Assembly: GCA_965216655.1 (NCBI GenBank)
Contig: CBDCGP010000002.1
Location: 8,482-72,481 of the forward strand
Length of the DNA: 64,000 nt
Origin: Acidimicrobiales bacterium
Lineage (GTDB): Bacteria > Actinomycetota > Acidimicrobiia > Acidimicrobiales > SZUA-35
Reading direction: 5' to 3'
This document shows, piece after piece, positions 37,621-47,336 of this stretch. Below the pieces are notes generated by a model that had not been told where the DNA came from, did not search any database, and saw only the letters and a list, made by a program, of their open reading frames with translations. A program made the position numbers and the translations under genes. Each line of letters opens with the position of its first letter. The stretch's first letter is position 1.

Positions 37621-39078
37621 CTAGGGGTTGACGGTCGGCTCGAATGTGACCGACCGCTCGTCACGGTCGGTCGCCGTCAGCCGCAGTTTGACCCGATCGG
37701 CGAGCTCGAGCGTTCCGGACGGCAAGCGAGCGACGACGGCCGGATCCCTGATCTGCACGGTGGCCTGGTCCCGATGCGGCGCCACGTCGACCACGACCGA
37801 GTCGAACACGTCGCCCACATGGTTCTCGAGCGTCAAGACCTCCGCCATGTCGAGCAGGGCCCGCTCGAGCGACGACTCCCGCTGACGAGCCTTTCCCATG
37901 AGCGACGGCAGCTCCTCCAGCGCTTCGACCGCCCACTGCGGTGGATCGTCATCGGCCAGCACGGCCAGCAGGATCTCGTTGCCGAATCGGTCGACCAGCC
38001 TCCGCAACGGTGCGGTGACGTGGGCGTAGAGCGAGGCGATGGCGCTGTGCTCGACGTTGTCGGGCCGATCCCCGGCGAACGCGTAGTAGCCGGCCCCCTT
38101 GAACAGCCGGGTGCACTGGACGAGGAAGGCATTTGCTGGTGCCGTCGTCGGTTCCAGCGAGCGAACGAACGAGGCGTAGTCGGTGTCGGTCGGCCAACCG
38201 AGATCGAGCGCATCGGCGATACGGCGTAGAACGTCGATGTCGGTCGGATCGGCGGGAGGCAGCGTGCGGAGAATCCCGACGCCGGCGTCCATCATCGCTT
38301 GTCCGGCCACCATGCCGGTCAACAGCGAGATCTGGGCGTTCCAGCCCTCGACGGGAATCGGCTCGTCGAACTCCAGCACATAGCCGTCATGGCGTTTCAC
38401 CACCTCCTGGGCCGGAAGGCTGAGGCTGACCCCGCCTCGCTCGGCCTCGCGCTGCCGGCGCAGCCGGCCGATGATCGACAACAGCACGAGGATCTCGTCG
38501 GTGGTCGGAGGCGACCCGGTCGGTCGTGCATCAGGCCCGGCCCGCTCGATCCGGGCCTGGGCCTCGCGATAGGAGATGGCTTCGGCCACCCGCACGACCG
38601 CCCGCTCGAGATGGCGATCCACGACCGAACCGGACTCATCGAGTCCGATGGTCCACAAGAGAGCAGGCCGGTCTCGGCCCGGGAGCAGGCTCGACCGGTC
38701 CTCGCTCAACACGGGTGGATGGAGCGGGGCCCGGCCGTCGGGTGAGTAGAGGGTGGCACCCCGCCGCCGGGCCTCGGTGTCGACTGCTCCACCGGGGGTA
38801 ACGAACGCACCGACATCCGCGATGGCGTAGTGCACGTTGAATCCCCGAGCTGTCCGTTCGGCGGCGAACGCCTGGTCGAGGTCGGTCGCCCCCGGCGGAT
38901 CAATGGCCACGAACGGCAGATGGCGCGCGTCTCGTCGGTCGTCCAGGTCGGCGGGCCGCGACCGCTCCGCCTCCTCGAGCACGCCGGTCGGAAACCGCAG
39001 CGGCACGTCGAGCTCGGCGCGGATCGCACGGAACGCCGACTCGAAGACCTCAGGTGCTCGGAGAACGACGGCGGGCAT
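37621..39078 (-). CDS. RNB-domain exoribonuclease (RNase II/R family)
   Basis: IDPPGATDLDQAF...HYAIADV and YAHVTAPLRRLVD, which are RNB catalytic motifs. Confidence 0.8.
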   Translation of the reverse strand: MPAVVLRAPEVFESAFRAIRAELDVPLRFPTGVLEEAERSRPADLDDRRDARHLPFVAIDPPGATDLDQAFAAERTARGFNVHYAIADVGAFVTPGGAVDTEARRRGATLYSPDGRAPLHPPVLSEDRSSLLPGRDRPALLWTIGLDESGSVVDRHLERAVVRVAEAISYREAQARIERAGPDARPTGSPPTTDEILVLLSIIGRLRRQREAERGGVSLSLPAQEVVKRHDGYVLEFDEPIPVEGWNAQISLLTGMVAGQAMMDAGVGILRTLPPADPTDIDVLRRIADALDLGWPTDTDYASFVRSLEPTTAPANAFLVQCTRLFKGAGYYAFAGDRPDNVEHSAIASLYAHVTAPLRRLVDRFGNEILLAVLADDDPPQWAVEALEELPSLMGKARQRESSLERALLDMAEVLTLENHVGDVFDSVVVDVAPHRDQATVQIRDPAVVARLPSGTLELADRVKLRLTATDRDERSVTFEPTVNP

Positions 39079-39089
39079 CGTGAGGTGCC

Positions 39090-39980
39090 TCAGACGCCGT
39101 CGGATTCCGACGGCTGTGACCCGTAGAGACCGAGCGCCTCGGCCAGGTCGTCGTTGGCCTGGTAGCTCTCCTCGTCGGTGGGGAACTTACCCGACCGGAC
39201 GTCTGAGGCGTAGGCCGTCAACGCTGAGACCTGGTCGTCGAAGGCGGTTCCGTAGCGACGCACGAACCGTGGTTTGAAGCGGTTCTCCAGCCCGATGAGG
39301 TCGTGGTAGACAAGCACTTGTCCATCGGTGTCGGCCCCGGCGCCGATACCGATGGTGGGTATCGAAACCGCCTCGGTCACCATCCGCCCGACGACATCGG
39401 GAACACCCTCGACCACCAGGGCGAAGCAGCCGGCCTCTTCCAGGGCGGTGGCGTCGGCTATCAGGGCCTGAACGGCCGACGCATCCCGAGCCTGGATCTT
39501 GAAGCCGCCCATCACGTTGGCCGACTGGGGGGTCAGTCCGATATGGGCCACGACGGGGATCTCGGCATCCAGGATCGGCTTGATCATCGGAATCCGTTTG
39601 GAGCCCCCTTCCATCTTGACGCACTGGGCGCCGGCCCTCACCAGGGTCGCCGCGTTGCGTACGGTCTCGATCTCCGACACGTGGAAGCTCATCCACGGCA
39701 TGTCGCCGATGACAAGGGCCGTCGGCTCGGACCGGCAGACGGCGGCCACGTGATAGGCGATCTGATCGACGGTGACGTGCAGCGTGTCGTCGTAGCCGAG
39801 GACCACCATGGCCAGTGAGTCTCCGACGAGGATCATGTCGACATCGGCCTCGGTGGCGACCCGGGCCGACGGGGCGTCGTACGCGGTCACCATCACGAGC
39901 GGATCGGAGCCATAGCGGCGCTTCGACTCTCGGATGGAGGGAACGGTTCGATTTGATCCCATGTGAACCCTTTCGGTCAC
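39090..39980 (-). CDS. panB: 3-methyl-2-oxobutanoate hydroxymethyltransferase
   Basis: MVTAYDAPSA, LVGDSLAMVVLGY, CVKMEGG. An alternative start 6 codons downstream is possible. Confidence 0.9.
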   Translation of the reverse strand: MTERVHMGSNRTVPSIRESKRRYGSDPLVMVTAYDAPSARVATEADVDMILVGDSLAMVVLGYDDTLHVTVDQIAYHVAAVCRSEPTALVIGDMPWMSFHVSEIETVRNAATLVRAGAQCVKMEGGSKRIPMIKPILDAEIPVVAHIGLTPQSANVMGGFKIQARDASAVQALIADATALEEAGCFALVVEGVPDVVGRMVTEAVSIPTIGIGAGADTDGQVLVYHDLIGLENRFKPRFVRRYGTAFDDQVSALTAYASDVRSGKFPTDEESYQANDDLAEALGLYGSQPSESDGV

Positions 39981-40057
39981 TCCCGGTGCCTATTCAGCGC
40001 CGGATCAGGATCGCAACCGTCGCCTGCACCGAGGAGTCGGTACCGGCCTCAACCGTA

Positions 40058-40981
40058 CTATGGCCCCGGGTGTTCCATCCGAACCGAACAGTTGTCGATC
40101 AGGCGGGTCTCGCCCAGGTGGGCCGCGATCAGCAGACGGGTTTCCGTTCCGAGTTGCGAGGGCGTCTCCAGGGTGTCGGGATCGACGACGGCGACGTAGT
40201 CGAGCCGGGCCCTCGGCTGCTCTGCGACCACGGCGATCATGGCGTCGGCCACCACCGACGGGTTCGTGGTTCCGGTCCTGATCGCCTGCTCGCCCGCGTC
40301 GAGCGCCTGTCGAAGTACGACGGCCGCCGCCCGGTCCTCGGCCGACAGATACACGTTGCGGCTCGACATGGCCAGCCCGTCGGGTTCCCGGATGATCGGG
40401 CAGCCGACGACGTCGACGGGCATCGACAGATCGGCAACCATACGCCGGATGATCGTCAGCTGCTGATAGTCCTTCTCGCCGAAGTAGGCCCGACACGGGC
40501 CGACGATGTTGAACAGCTTCGACACGACGGTCGCCACTCCCGCGAAGTGCGTTGGACGGGAGGCTCCATCCCAGCGAGCCGACAGGGTGGCCACCGAGAC
40601 GGTGGTCAGCACCGGCCCCAGTGGATACATCTCCGACCTCGTCGGGACGAAGAGGATGTCGACTCCGTTCTCGCCGGCGACGGTGCGATCGCGGTCGAGG
40701 TCGCGGGGATAGGAGTCGAGGTCCTCGTCCGGAGCGAACTGCAGTGGATTGACGAAGATACTGGCCACGACCACGTCATTGGCGTCCCGGGCGGCACGCA
40801 TCAGCGAACCGTGGCCGTCGTGCAGATACCCCATCGTCGGAACGAAACCGACCGATCGGCCGGCGCCTCGTTGGCGAGCGGTGACTCGGCGCAGCTCGTC
40901 GATGGTGGTCACGAGTTCGACCCCGGAGCCGGGGTCGGATCCGTCCTTGGTGTGGTCGCCGGTCATCGTGAGCTCTTCCAA
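40058..40981 (-). CDS. panC: pantoate-beta-alanine ligase
   Basis: VPTMGYLHDGHGSLM (HIGH-type motif) and FGEKDYQQL. Confidence 0.9.
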   Translation of the reverse strand: MEELTMTGDHTKDGSDPGSGVELVTTIDELRRVTARQRGAGRSVGFVPTMGYLHDGHGSLMRAARDANDVVVASIFVNPLQFAPDEDLDSYPRDLDRDRTVAGENGVDILFVPTRSEMYPLGPVLTTVSVATLSARWDGASRPTHFAGVATVVSKLFNIVGPCRAYFGEKDYQQLTIIRRMVADLSMPVDVVGCPIIREPDGLAMSSRNVYLSAEDRAAAVVLRQALDAGEQAIRTGTTNPSVVADAMIAVVAEQPRARLDYVAVVDPDTLETPSQLGTETRLLIAAHLGETRLIDNCSVRMEHPGP

Positions 40982-41730
40982 TGTTCCCCACCGTCCCCGA
41001 GTCCGGTGGCCGCTGTGGCGAGGACCCGGTAGAGATCGGCCTCCCCATCGCCGAGCTCGGCCAGCGCGCGGAGATGGGATTCGATCGTTTCGACGTCGCC
41101 GCGTGCCGCCGGCCCGGTCAGCGCCCGAGCGGCCCCGACGCGTCTGACGTTCGCCAGCGTCGAGTCCATGAGCGACCAGTAGAGATCGACCGGCACGCCC
41201 GTGTGGTCGGCGATTCGTTCGACCTGGGCGCAGAGCACGACCAGGTGGTTGGCGGCGATGGCGGCGGTGGCGTGATACAGCGAGCGGTGTTCCTCGGCGA
41301 CCTCGAACGCTCGGCCGCCGAGCGCGGTCACCAGTTCGGCGGCCAGAGGGTGGCCGGCGATGGCGAAGGCTGCGTCGTCCCGCAGTCGGGCCGCTCCGGT
41401 GTCGGGATCGGGAAGCGAAACCAACGGGTGCACCGACGCCCGTTGGTGGTGTGGCTCGAGGACGTGGAGGGTCTTGGCTCCCGAGAGGTGGATCAGTACG
41501 GCGTCAGCCGGGGTCACGGTCCTGGCCACCTCGGCGACGGCATCATCGGGCACGGCGAGGATCACGGCGTCGACCCCGTCGGCAGCGTGCGATGGATCGT
41601 CGTTGCGGCCGTAGCCCCCGACGTATCTCCAGTTCGTGTCGCTCAGAGCGCCGATCACGGATCGACCGGCCCTGCCGAGGCCAACGACCCGGAAGGTGAC
41701 CGTGCTTGGCGTGTCCACGACGGTGAACAC
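40963..41730 (-). CDS. Rossmann-like / DUF2520-type protein commonly found upstream of panC in actinobacteria
   Basis: N-terminal FRVVGLGRAGRSV dinucleotide-fold motif. Overlaps the panC start by 19 nt. Confidence 0.6.
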   Translation of the reverse strand: MFTVVDTPSTVTFRVVGLGRAGRSVIGALSDTNWRYVGGYGRNDDPSHAADGVDAVILAVPDDAVAEVARTVTPADAVLIHLSGAKTLHVLEPHHQRASVHPLVSLPDPDTGAARLRDDAAFAIAGHPLAAELVTALGGRAFEVAEEHRSLYHATAAIAANHLVVLCAQVERIADHTGVPVDLYWSLMDSTLANVRRVGAARALTGPAARGDVETIESHLRALAELGDGEADLYRVLATAATGLGDGGEHWKSSR

Positions 41731-41775
41731 TAGTCCGCTTCCCTACTTCACGCGAAGGACAAGCCAGCTTTTGCG

Positions 41776-41804
41776 GGTCTGCGACCCTTTGTTGGGTCGC
41801 AGAC
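41776..41804. repeat. hairpin element, family 2, copy 2
   Basis: GGTCTGCGACCC-TTTGTT-GGGTCGCAGAC, flanked by CTTTTGC...GCAAAA, about 30 nt downstream of the marR-like stop at 41835. Confidence 0.8.
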
Positions 41805-41834
41805 AAGCAAAACCAGCAGCCCGCTGGAGCGTCG

Positions 41835-42317
41835 TCACCGGTTGTCGTCGAGGCGGTCCGAGATCGAGCGCATGAGCGACTCGAAGACCGTGAGGTCGTG
41901 CTCGTCCAGCGCAGCCAGGACCAGCCGCCGGACCTCGGCGTGATGTTCGGGCGTGGCGTCGTCGAGTGCGGCCATACCCTTGTCGGTCAGGATCGCCCAG
42001 AGGCCTCGTCGGTCGTCCTCGCATTCCTCCCGCGTGACGAAGCCGACCTCCGCCAGACGGTCGACCCGATAGGTCAGCCGGCTCCGTGAGACGAAGACTT
42101 CGTCGGCCAGTTCGCTCATACGGAGCCGGGTTTCGTCCGCCCCGGCCAGGGCGGCCAGGATCTCGTAGTCGGTCAACGTCATGTTGGCCTGCTTCTGCAG
42201 TGCCTGGTCAACCTGCTCCAGCGTGCGGCTGGCGGCAAGGAACGCCCGCCACGCTGCATGTTCGCCAGGTTGTAGCGGGGTGTCCGCGCCAGGATTCCTG
42301 GAGTCTGATGTGTTCAT
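41835..42317 (-). CDS. MarR family transcriptional regulator
   Basis: TLTDYEILAALAGADETRLRMSELADEVFVSRSRLTYRVDRLAEVGFVTRE winged helix. Confidence 0.8.
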   Translation of the reverse strand: MNTSDSRNPGADTPLQPGEHAAWRAFLAASRTLEQVDQALQKQANMTLTDYEILAALAGADETRLRMSELADEVFVSRSRLTYRVDRLAEVGFVTREECEDDRRGLWAILTDKGMAALDDATPEHHAEVRRLVLAALDEHDLTVFESLMRSISDRLDDNR

Positions 42318-42344
42318 GGTCGCCCAACTTCACAGAGAAAGAAC

Positions 42345-42357
42345 TTCAATTCTTGAA
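42345..42357. promoter_or_regulatory. candidate MarR operator palindrome
   Basis: TTCAA-TTC-TTGAA is a perfect inverted repeat 28 nt upstream of the marR-like start, in a locally AT-rich stretch. Confidence 0.3.
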
Positions 42358-42520
42358 TGGATTCGGCCCGGATCCGTTGGATGCCGGGCTGCGATTCTAC
42401 GCGGAATTCGCCTGACATCGCCGCCATTCAATTCTAGTTCGGCCAAGCCGGACAGGACGCTGGTCCCACACGGCTCCGTCGCCCCGATCGACGTCCATGT
42501 TCTCTTGCCTTCTCTGACCC

Positions 42521-43363
42521 TTACGTTCTTTGACAGCGCGGGCACCAAGTGGTGGTTCGCCCATCGAGTTGCTGCGCCTTCAGGGTAGTCGAACACCGTG
42601 GACACGGGTAAGACCCGCGGCCATAGACGTTGAGCCGGTTCTGATTTGAACCTTCGTTGCCGGTGGCGTCTCGGTAGTCTCTCAGGGTGGTTCCGCCGTT
42701 GACGAGTCCGAGTTCGAGCACCTCGCGGATGGCGTCGAGAAGCCGCTCGGCTCGTTGTCGCCCCACACGGCGGGCTTTCGGGTTGATCTCGGCCAACCAC
42801 AAGGCCTCATCGGCGTAGATGTTGCCGACCCCCGCGATCGGCCGCTGGGAGAGGAGCCGGGTCTTGATCGGGCGTCCACTTCGGCGAAGCAACTCCCAGA
42901 ATGCGAGTCCGTCGAATGCCGGATCGAACGGCTCCGGACCGGCATTGGCAAGCGTTGGAATCGAATGATAATCGCCGGCCTCCACCACCCTGATTCGTCC
43001 AAAGCGCCGCACATCGTCGAACTCGAGCGTGGTGCCGTCGTCGAATGTCCACCAGGCCCGCAGATACGGATTGTCGAGCTCCGGTGGCCGGTTGACCACC
43101 TCCAATCGGCCCGTCATTCCAAGGTGCACGATGAGTTCCAATTGCGAAATAGGGTCCTCCGATTCGTTCCCCGGGCGAACGTCACCGATGGAAAGGATCA
43201 GGAACTTTCCACGCCTGCCGACCGAGTCGATTCGGTGACCGACCACATCGCGCGCCGGAAGGAACTTCGCCGACTGGTGGGAGCCGGCCTCGACCACGCA
43301 CCGGTTGAGCAACAGCGGCTCGAGCTGCCCCCTCACCGTCTCCACCTCCGGCAGCTCAGGCAT
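42521..43363 (-). CDS. mutM: formamidopyrimidine-DNA glycosylase
   Basis: N-terminal MPELPEVETVR and the C-terminal zinc finger CPRCSTTL...WCPRCQ. Confidence 0.9.
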   Translation of the reverse strand: MPELPEVETVRGQLEPLLLNRCVVEAGSHQSAKFLPARDVVGHRIDSVGRRGKFLILSIGDVRPGNESEDPISQLELIVHLGMTGRLEVVNRPPELDNPYLRAWWTFDDGTTLEFDDVRRFGRIRVVEAGDYHSIPTLANAGPEPFDPAFDGLAFWELLRRSGRPIKTRLLSQRPIAGVGNIYADEALWLAEINPKARRVGRQRAERLLDAIREVLELGLVNGGTTLRDYRDATGNEGSNQNRLNVYGRGSYPCPRCSTTLKAQQLDGRTTTWCPRCQRT

Positions 43364-43381
43364 CGTGGGCCCCGGTCACGG

Positions 43382-44266
43382 TCATCGGCCGAGATGTAAT
43401 CCGTCGCCGGACAGGGAAAGTTTCGGACCGTACTTCGGTGCTCCTCCGGTTCCCTTTGCCAGCCGGATCACCCGCCAGCGGTGACCCCGATACGGTTCGA
43501 GGAGCTCCAGCATCCGTTCGTCGGTGGCCCGCGGCTCATCGGCCAGCCACCACGCCACCGTGTTGGGAATGTGATAGTCGCCGACCGGAACCGCATCGGC
43601 ATCGCCCAGAACGACGGCGGTGACCATGGCCGCGGTCCACGGCCCGATCCCTCTGATCCGCTGCAGCCGGGCCGCGAGCGCAACCGGCGTGCGGTCGCTC
43701 ATCGCCTCGAGACGCGGCATCTCACGGGCCGACCGGATGAGAATCTCGGCCCGCTTGCGCTCCACGCCGAGCGGATGAAACTGGTGGTAGCCCATCGACG
43801 CCACCGTCGACGGGGCGGGGAGAATCCATCCCGAACGCGGGCCGGGAGCCGGGTCTCCGTGACGGCGAGCAAGTCTCCGACGGGCCTTGACGGCGTTGGC
43901 GACCTGCACCTTCTGGCCGAAAATGGCGCCGACCAGGGCATCCCAGAGCCGATCGGTTCTGCCGAGCTTGAACGGGTTCCGCCGCCACTGTTCGGCCACC
44001 CGACCCGTGGGGTTGAAGCCCGTGAGATCGTCGTCGTGGCCGAGGAGACGGGGAGCCTGGTCGAGCAACCACTCGCTGCCGGGACCCCAGGCCGTGGCGT
44101 GCACACGGTCGGATCGGATCCGCTCCATCGTGAGGGTTCCGAGGCCGACGGGTGTTCGGGTGGACCACCAGAATTCGGTAGGGCCGACCATCACGGGGTT
44201 CTTGGTGCCTCGCACCGTGTCGCGGACGTTGAGGTTGGGTGAAATGACGATTTCACGCTCAGCCAT
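43382..44266 (-). CDS. HhH-GPD superfamily DNA glycosylase (AlkA/Ogg-like, COG0122-type)
   Basis: LQRIRGIGPWTAAMVTAVVLGDADAVPVGD (helix-hairpin-helix plus Gly/Pro-Asp). Start at MAEREIV; the upstream 123 codons are Arg/Pro-rich. Confidence 0.75.
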   Translation of the reverse strand: MAEREIVISPNLNVRDTVRGTKNPVMVGPTEFWWSTRTPVGLGTLTMERIRSDRVHATAWGPGSEWLLDQAPRLLGHDDDLTGFNPTGRVAEQWRRNPFKLGRTDRLWDALVGAIFGQKVQVANAVKARRRLARRHGDPAPGPRSGWILPAPSTVASMGYHQFHPLGVERKRAEILIRSAREMPRLEAMSDRTPVALAARLQRIRGIGPWTAAMVTAVVLGDADAVPVGDYHIPNTVAWWLADEPRATDERMLELLEPYRGHRWRVIRLAKGTGGAPKYGPKLSLSGDGLHLGR

Positions 44267-44289
44267 CCACTGAGCGTAGCGACCACGGC

Positions 44290-46365
44290 TCAGGTCCACA
44301 GGGCGTTGAGCATGGCGTCGACCTCGTCGGCCACGCCGACGGTGGTCAGGTCGATCGCCGCCTGATGATCGTGGGCCGGTCCGTGATCGATGGTGTCGAA
44401 CAGGTCGGTGAGCGGTTGGAGGAATCGGCTCAACTGGGCGAAATGGTGACGGTCGTTCGCGTTGAAGCGGTGCACGTGGTAGCGGAGCGGGAACGAGATG
44501 GTGAGTTCCCGACGGGCCCGGGTCACCGCCACGTAGAGCAGGCGAAGCTCCTCGGCCAGACCATGAGGTTCGCCGAGTGCCATCTCGGACGGGATGTTGC
44601 CGTCGGCCGCATGCAGGAGGTGGACGGCCTGCCACTCGCAGCCCTTGGCCGAGTGGATCGTGCTGAGTGTGAGCCAGTCGTCGTCGAGATGCGGCCGGCC
44701 GGCCAGGTCGCCGGTTCGCTCCGGCGGGTCGAGCGTCAGTTCGGTGAGCATCCGGCTCCGGTCGCAGTACGCTCCCGCGGTGGCCGCCAGCTGGTCGATG
44801 TCGGCCAGTCGGGCGCCGCTGTTCTCGTAACGCCGCGGAAAGACGACGGCACAGAACGACTTGAGCCGGTCGATCTGTTCGGCCGGCGACAGGTCGCCAC
44901 CGGCACAGTCGGCCAGGGCGGACCGCAGGTCGTCGGCCTGATCAGCGGCGGACACCGGTACCCGGCCGAGTCCGTCGACGAACCGGAGCAGGGCGTTCGA
45001 CCCCGGCTTCAGTACCCGGAGGTCGTCGATGAGGCGGCGCACCGTGGCCGGACCGACGCCGTCGAGTGTGAGAAGAACCCGGCGCCACGCCAACTGGTCG
45101 TCGGGATTCTCGAGAATGCGGATGAGCGCCAGGACGTCCTTCACATGGGCCGACTCCAGATACTTCAAGCCCCCGTACTTCACAAAGGGGATATCACGCC
45201 GGACCAACTCGAGCTCCAGCGCGTCGCCGTGATGGCCCGCCCGGAACAGCACGGCCTGCTCGCGCAGATCGATGCCGCGCTCCCGGGCATCGAGAATACG
45301 GTCGGCGACCATCTTCGACTGTTCCTGCTCGTCGTAGCTGGTGAGAAGCACGGGCCGGACGCCACCGTCGATGCTTGACCACAGCCTCTTGTCGAACGTC
45401 GACGCCTCCACGTCGACCTGCTGGCCCAACAACTCGTTGGCCACCGCCAGAATCGGCTCGGTCGACCGGTAGTTCCGTTCCAGTGTGATCACCGACGCGC
45501 CGGCGAAGTCCGAAGGGAACGACCACATGTTCTCGACGGTGGCGGCCCGGAAACCGTAGATCGCCTGCGCGTCGTCTCCCACGGCGCAGACCTGGGTGGA
45601 GTGACCGCACATGCCGGCCACGATGTCGGCCTGGATGGAGTTGGTGTCCTGATACTCGTCGATGAGGATGTGGTCGAACAGGCAGCGAAGCGCCTCGCCG
45701 ATCGGGCTGGCGGTGAGACCTCGCCAGTACAGGAGAAGGTCGTCGTAGTCGCAGATGTTGCTCTGCCGCTTCTTGGCGGTGTAGGCGGAGAACACGGTGC
45801 GCAGATCGTCCGCATGGTCGGCACACCACGGGTAATCGGCGGCCAGGACGTCGGCCATCGGGGCCTGGCTGTTGACCATGCGGGAGTAGATGGCGGCGAT
45901 CGTCTCGGGCCGGGGGAAACGCCGGGCCTGCTCACCGAATCCCTCCTCGGCCCGCACGAGACCGAACAGATCGATGGTGTCGGCGTGATCGAGCACCGTG
46001 AATCCGTCGGCGAACCCGGCGGCCGATCCGTAGAGCCGGAGCAACCGATTGGCCACGGAGTGGAACGTGCCGCTCCACAGCCGGGACGACAGCGCCCCCT
46101 GGTCGTCGCACGTTGCGCTCACCCGGCCGACCATCTCGGCCGCCGCCCGGCGGGTGAACGTCAGCAGCAGGATGCGTGCCGGATCGACGCCGCCTGCGAC
46201 GAGATCGGCCACTCGGGCGACGAGTGTGCGGGTCTTGCCCGTGCCCGCACCGGCGACGATCAGCAGGTGGGAACCGCGGTGGCGGACGGCGAGTTCCTGT
46301 TCGGGATTGAGGTCCTCCGAACTGAGGTGTTCGGTGTTGGGGCGCGACGGCAGCTGATTTTCCAT
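44290..46365 (-). CDS. UvrD/PcrA-type superfamily 1 DNA helicase
   Basis: Walker A VAGAGTGKTRTL, motif II ILIDEYQDTN, TIHSAKGCEW, YVAVTRARREL. The start at MENQLPS (46365) or at 46398 is equally possible. Confidence 0.85.
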   Translation of the reverse strand: MENQLPSRPNTEHLSSEDLNPEQELAVRHRGSHLLIVAGAGTGKTRTLVARVADLVAGGVDPARILLLTFTRRAAAEMVGRVSATCDDQGALSSRLWSGTFHSVANRLLRLYGSAAGFADGFTVLDHADTIDLFGLVRAEEGFGEQARRFPRPETIAAIYSRMVNSQAPMADVLAADYPWCADHADDLRTVFSAYTAKKRQSNICDYDDLLLYWRGLTASPIGEALRCLFDHILIDEYQDTNSIQADIVAGMCGHSTQVCAVGDDAQAIYGFRAATVENMWSFPSDFAGASVITLERNYRSTEPILAVANELLGQQVDVEASTFDKRLWSSIDGGVRPVLLTSYDEQEQSKMVADRILDARERGIDLREQAVLFRAGHHGDALELELVRRDIPFVKYGGLKYLESAHVKDVLALIRILENPDDQLAWRRVLLTLDGVGPATVRRLIDDLRVLKPGSNALLRFVDGLGRVPVSAADQADDLRSALADCAGGDLSPAEQIDRLKSFCAVVFPRRYENSGARLADIDQLAATAGAYCDRSRMLTELTLDPPERTGDLAGRPHLDDDWLTLSTIHSAKGCEWQAVHLLHAADGNIPSEMALGEPHGLAEELRLLYVAVTRARRELTISFPLRYHVHRFNANDRHHFAQLSRFLQPLTDLFDTIDHGPAHDHQAAIDLTTVGVADEVDAMLNALWT

Positions 46366-46458
46366 GACGAACACGAGACTAGCGACGGCCTGTGACACCG
46401 ATCAGCTGCTCCCGCCGGCCGAGTTCTCGGGGATCGTGGACAATCGGTTCCGGCGATT

Positions 46459-46486
46459 TTGTGAACGGGAGCGTGATGACTAGAAT
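46459..46486 (+). promoter_or_regulatory. candidate promoter of the 46592-47936 cassette
   Basis: TTGTGA (46459-46464), N16, then TAGAAT (46481-46486). AGGAG lies 6 nt before the ATG at 46592. Confidence 0.4.
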
Positions 46487-46591
46487 CAATCGCTGCACCG
46501 TCGACCTTCAGCAGGCAGCGTCGTCGAATCGGCTCGAGAGCCCGAGAATCGGTCGTCCCCGGTGCAATCCGCCGCAACCCAGGAGTAAGAC

Positions 46592-47332
46592 ATGGTGACC
46601 GCATTGGAGCGTCACGCGACCAGTCGCGTGGCCACCCTATTCGAGCCTTTCGTGACCAGTGCCCGTCAGGACTTCCACACGAGCGAGGTGATCGAGCTGA
46701 TCACCTCGCCCGACTGTGATCCCGAACTGCTGGACCGCTACCTCATCCAGTACTGCGCCCAGGGCGTCCGGATGACGGAGCCTGTCGAGGGATGGATTCG
46801 TCGCGCCGGTGAGCGAATCGTGGACCAGGGTCTGACCGAGCTGGGCCAGGCGCTCCAGCGCCACGCCGTCCACGAACGTGATCACCACCTGCTGATGATC
46901 GACGACACCCGGCGTCTGGTCGACATGTGGAACGAGTCAGGTCGTGAACCGTTGGACGCCGAAGAGCTACTTGCGACTCCACCTTCACCGGGCACGGTCG
47001 ACTACATCGAACTCCACGGGTCGGTGATCGCCGGCGACGAACCGTACGGCCAGATCGGAATCGAATACGAGATAGAGATGTTGTCGGTCACCGCCGGCAC
47101 CAGGCTGCTCGCCAACGTGGCCAAGGTGTGCGGGGCCGATCGAATCGAGGCACTCAGTTTCCTCACCGATCACGTCGAACTCGATGTCGGTCACACCGAA
47201 TTCAATCGCCGCCAACTCGAGGCCATTCTGGAGGATCATCCGGAGTTCGCCCGACCGATCGCCGATGCGGGTGTGGCGGCCCTCGGTGCGTACCGTCGAT
47301 TCATGACGGACTGTCTGTCGGCCATTCGTTGA
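46592..47332 (+). CDS. heme-oxygenase-like fold protein, putative diiron oxidase (HDO-like)
   Basis: All-helical 246-aa protein with the ligand-like pattern E-x7-H (ELGQALQRH), a mid-protein IEYEIE, and H-x3-D-x2-H (HVELDVGH). Confidence 0.45.
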   Translation: MVTALERHATSRVATLFEPFVTSARQDFHTSEVIELITSPDCDPELLDRYLIQYCAQGVRMTEPVEGWIRRAGERIVDQGLTELGQALQRHAVHERDHHLLMIDDTRRLVDMWNESGREPLDAEELLATPPSPGTVDYIELHGSVIAGDEPYGQIGIEYEIEMLSVTAGTRLLANVAKVCGADRIEALSFLTDHVELDVGHTEFNRRQLEAILEDHPEFARPIADAGVAALGAYRRFMTDCLSAIR

Positions 47333-47336
47333 TCGG

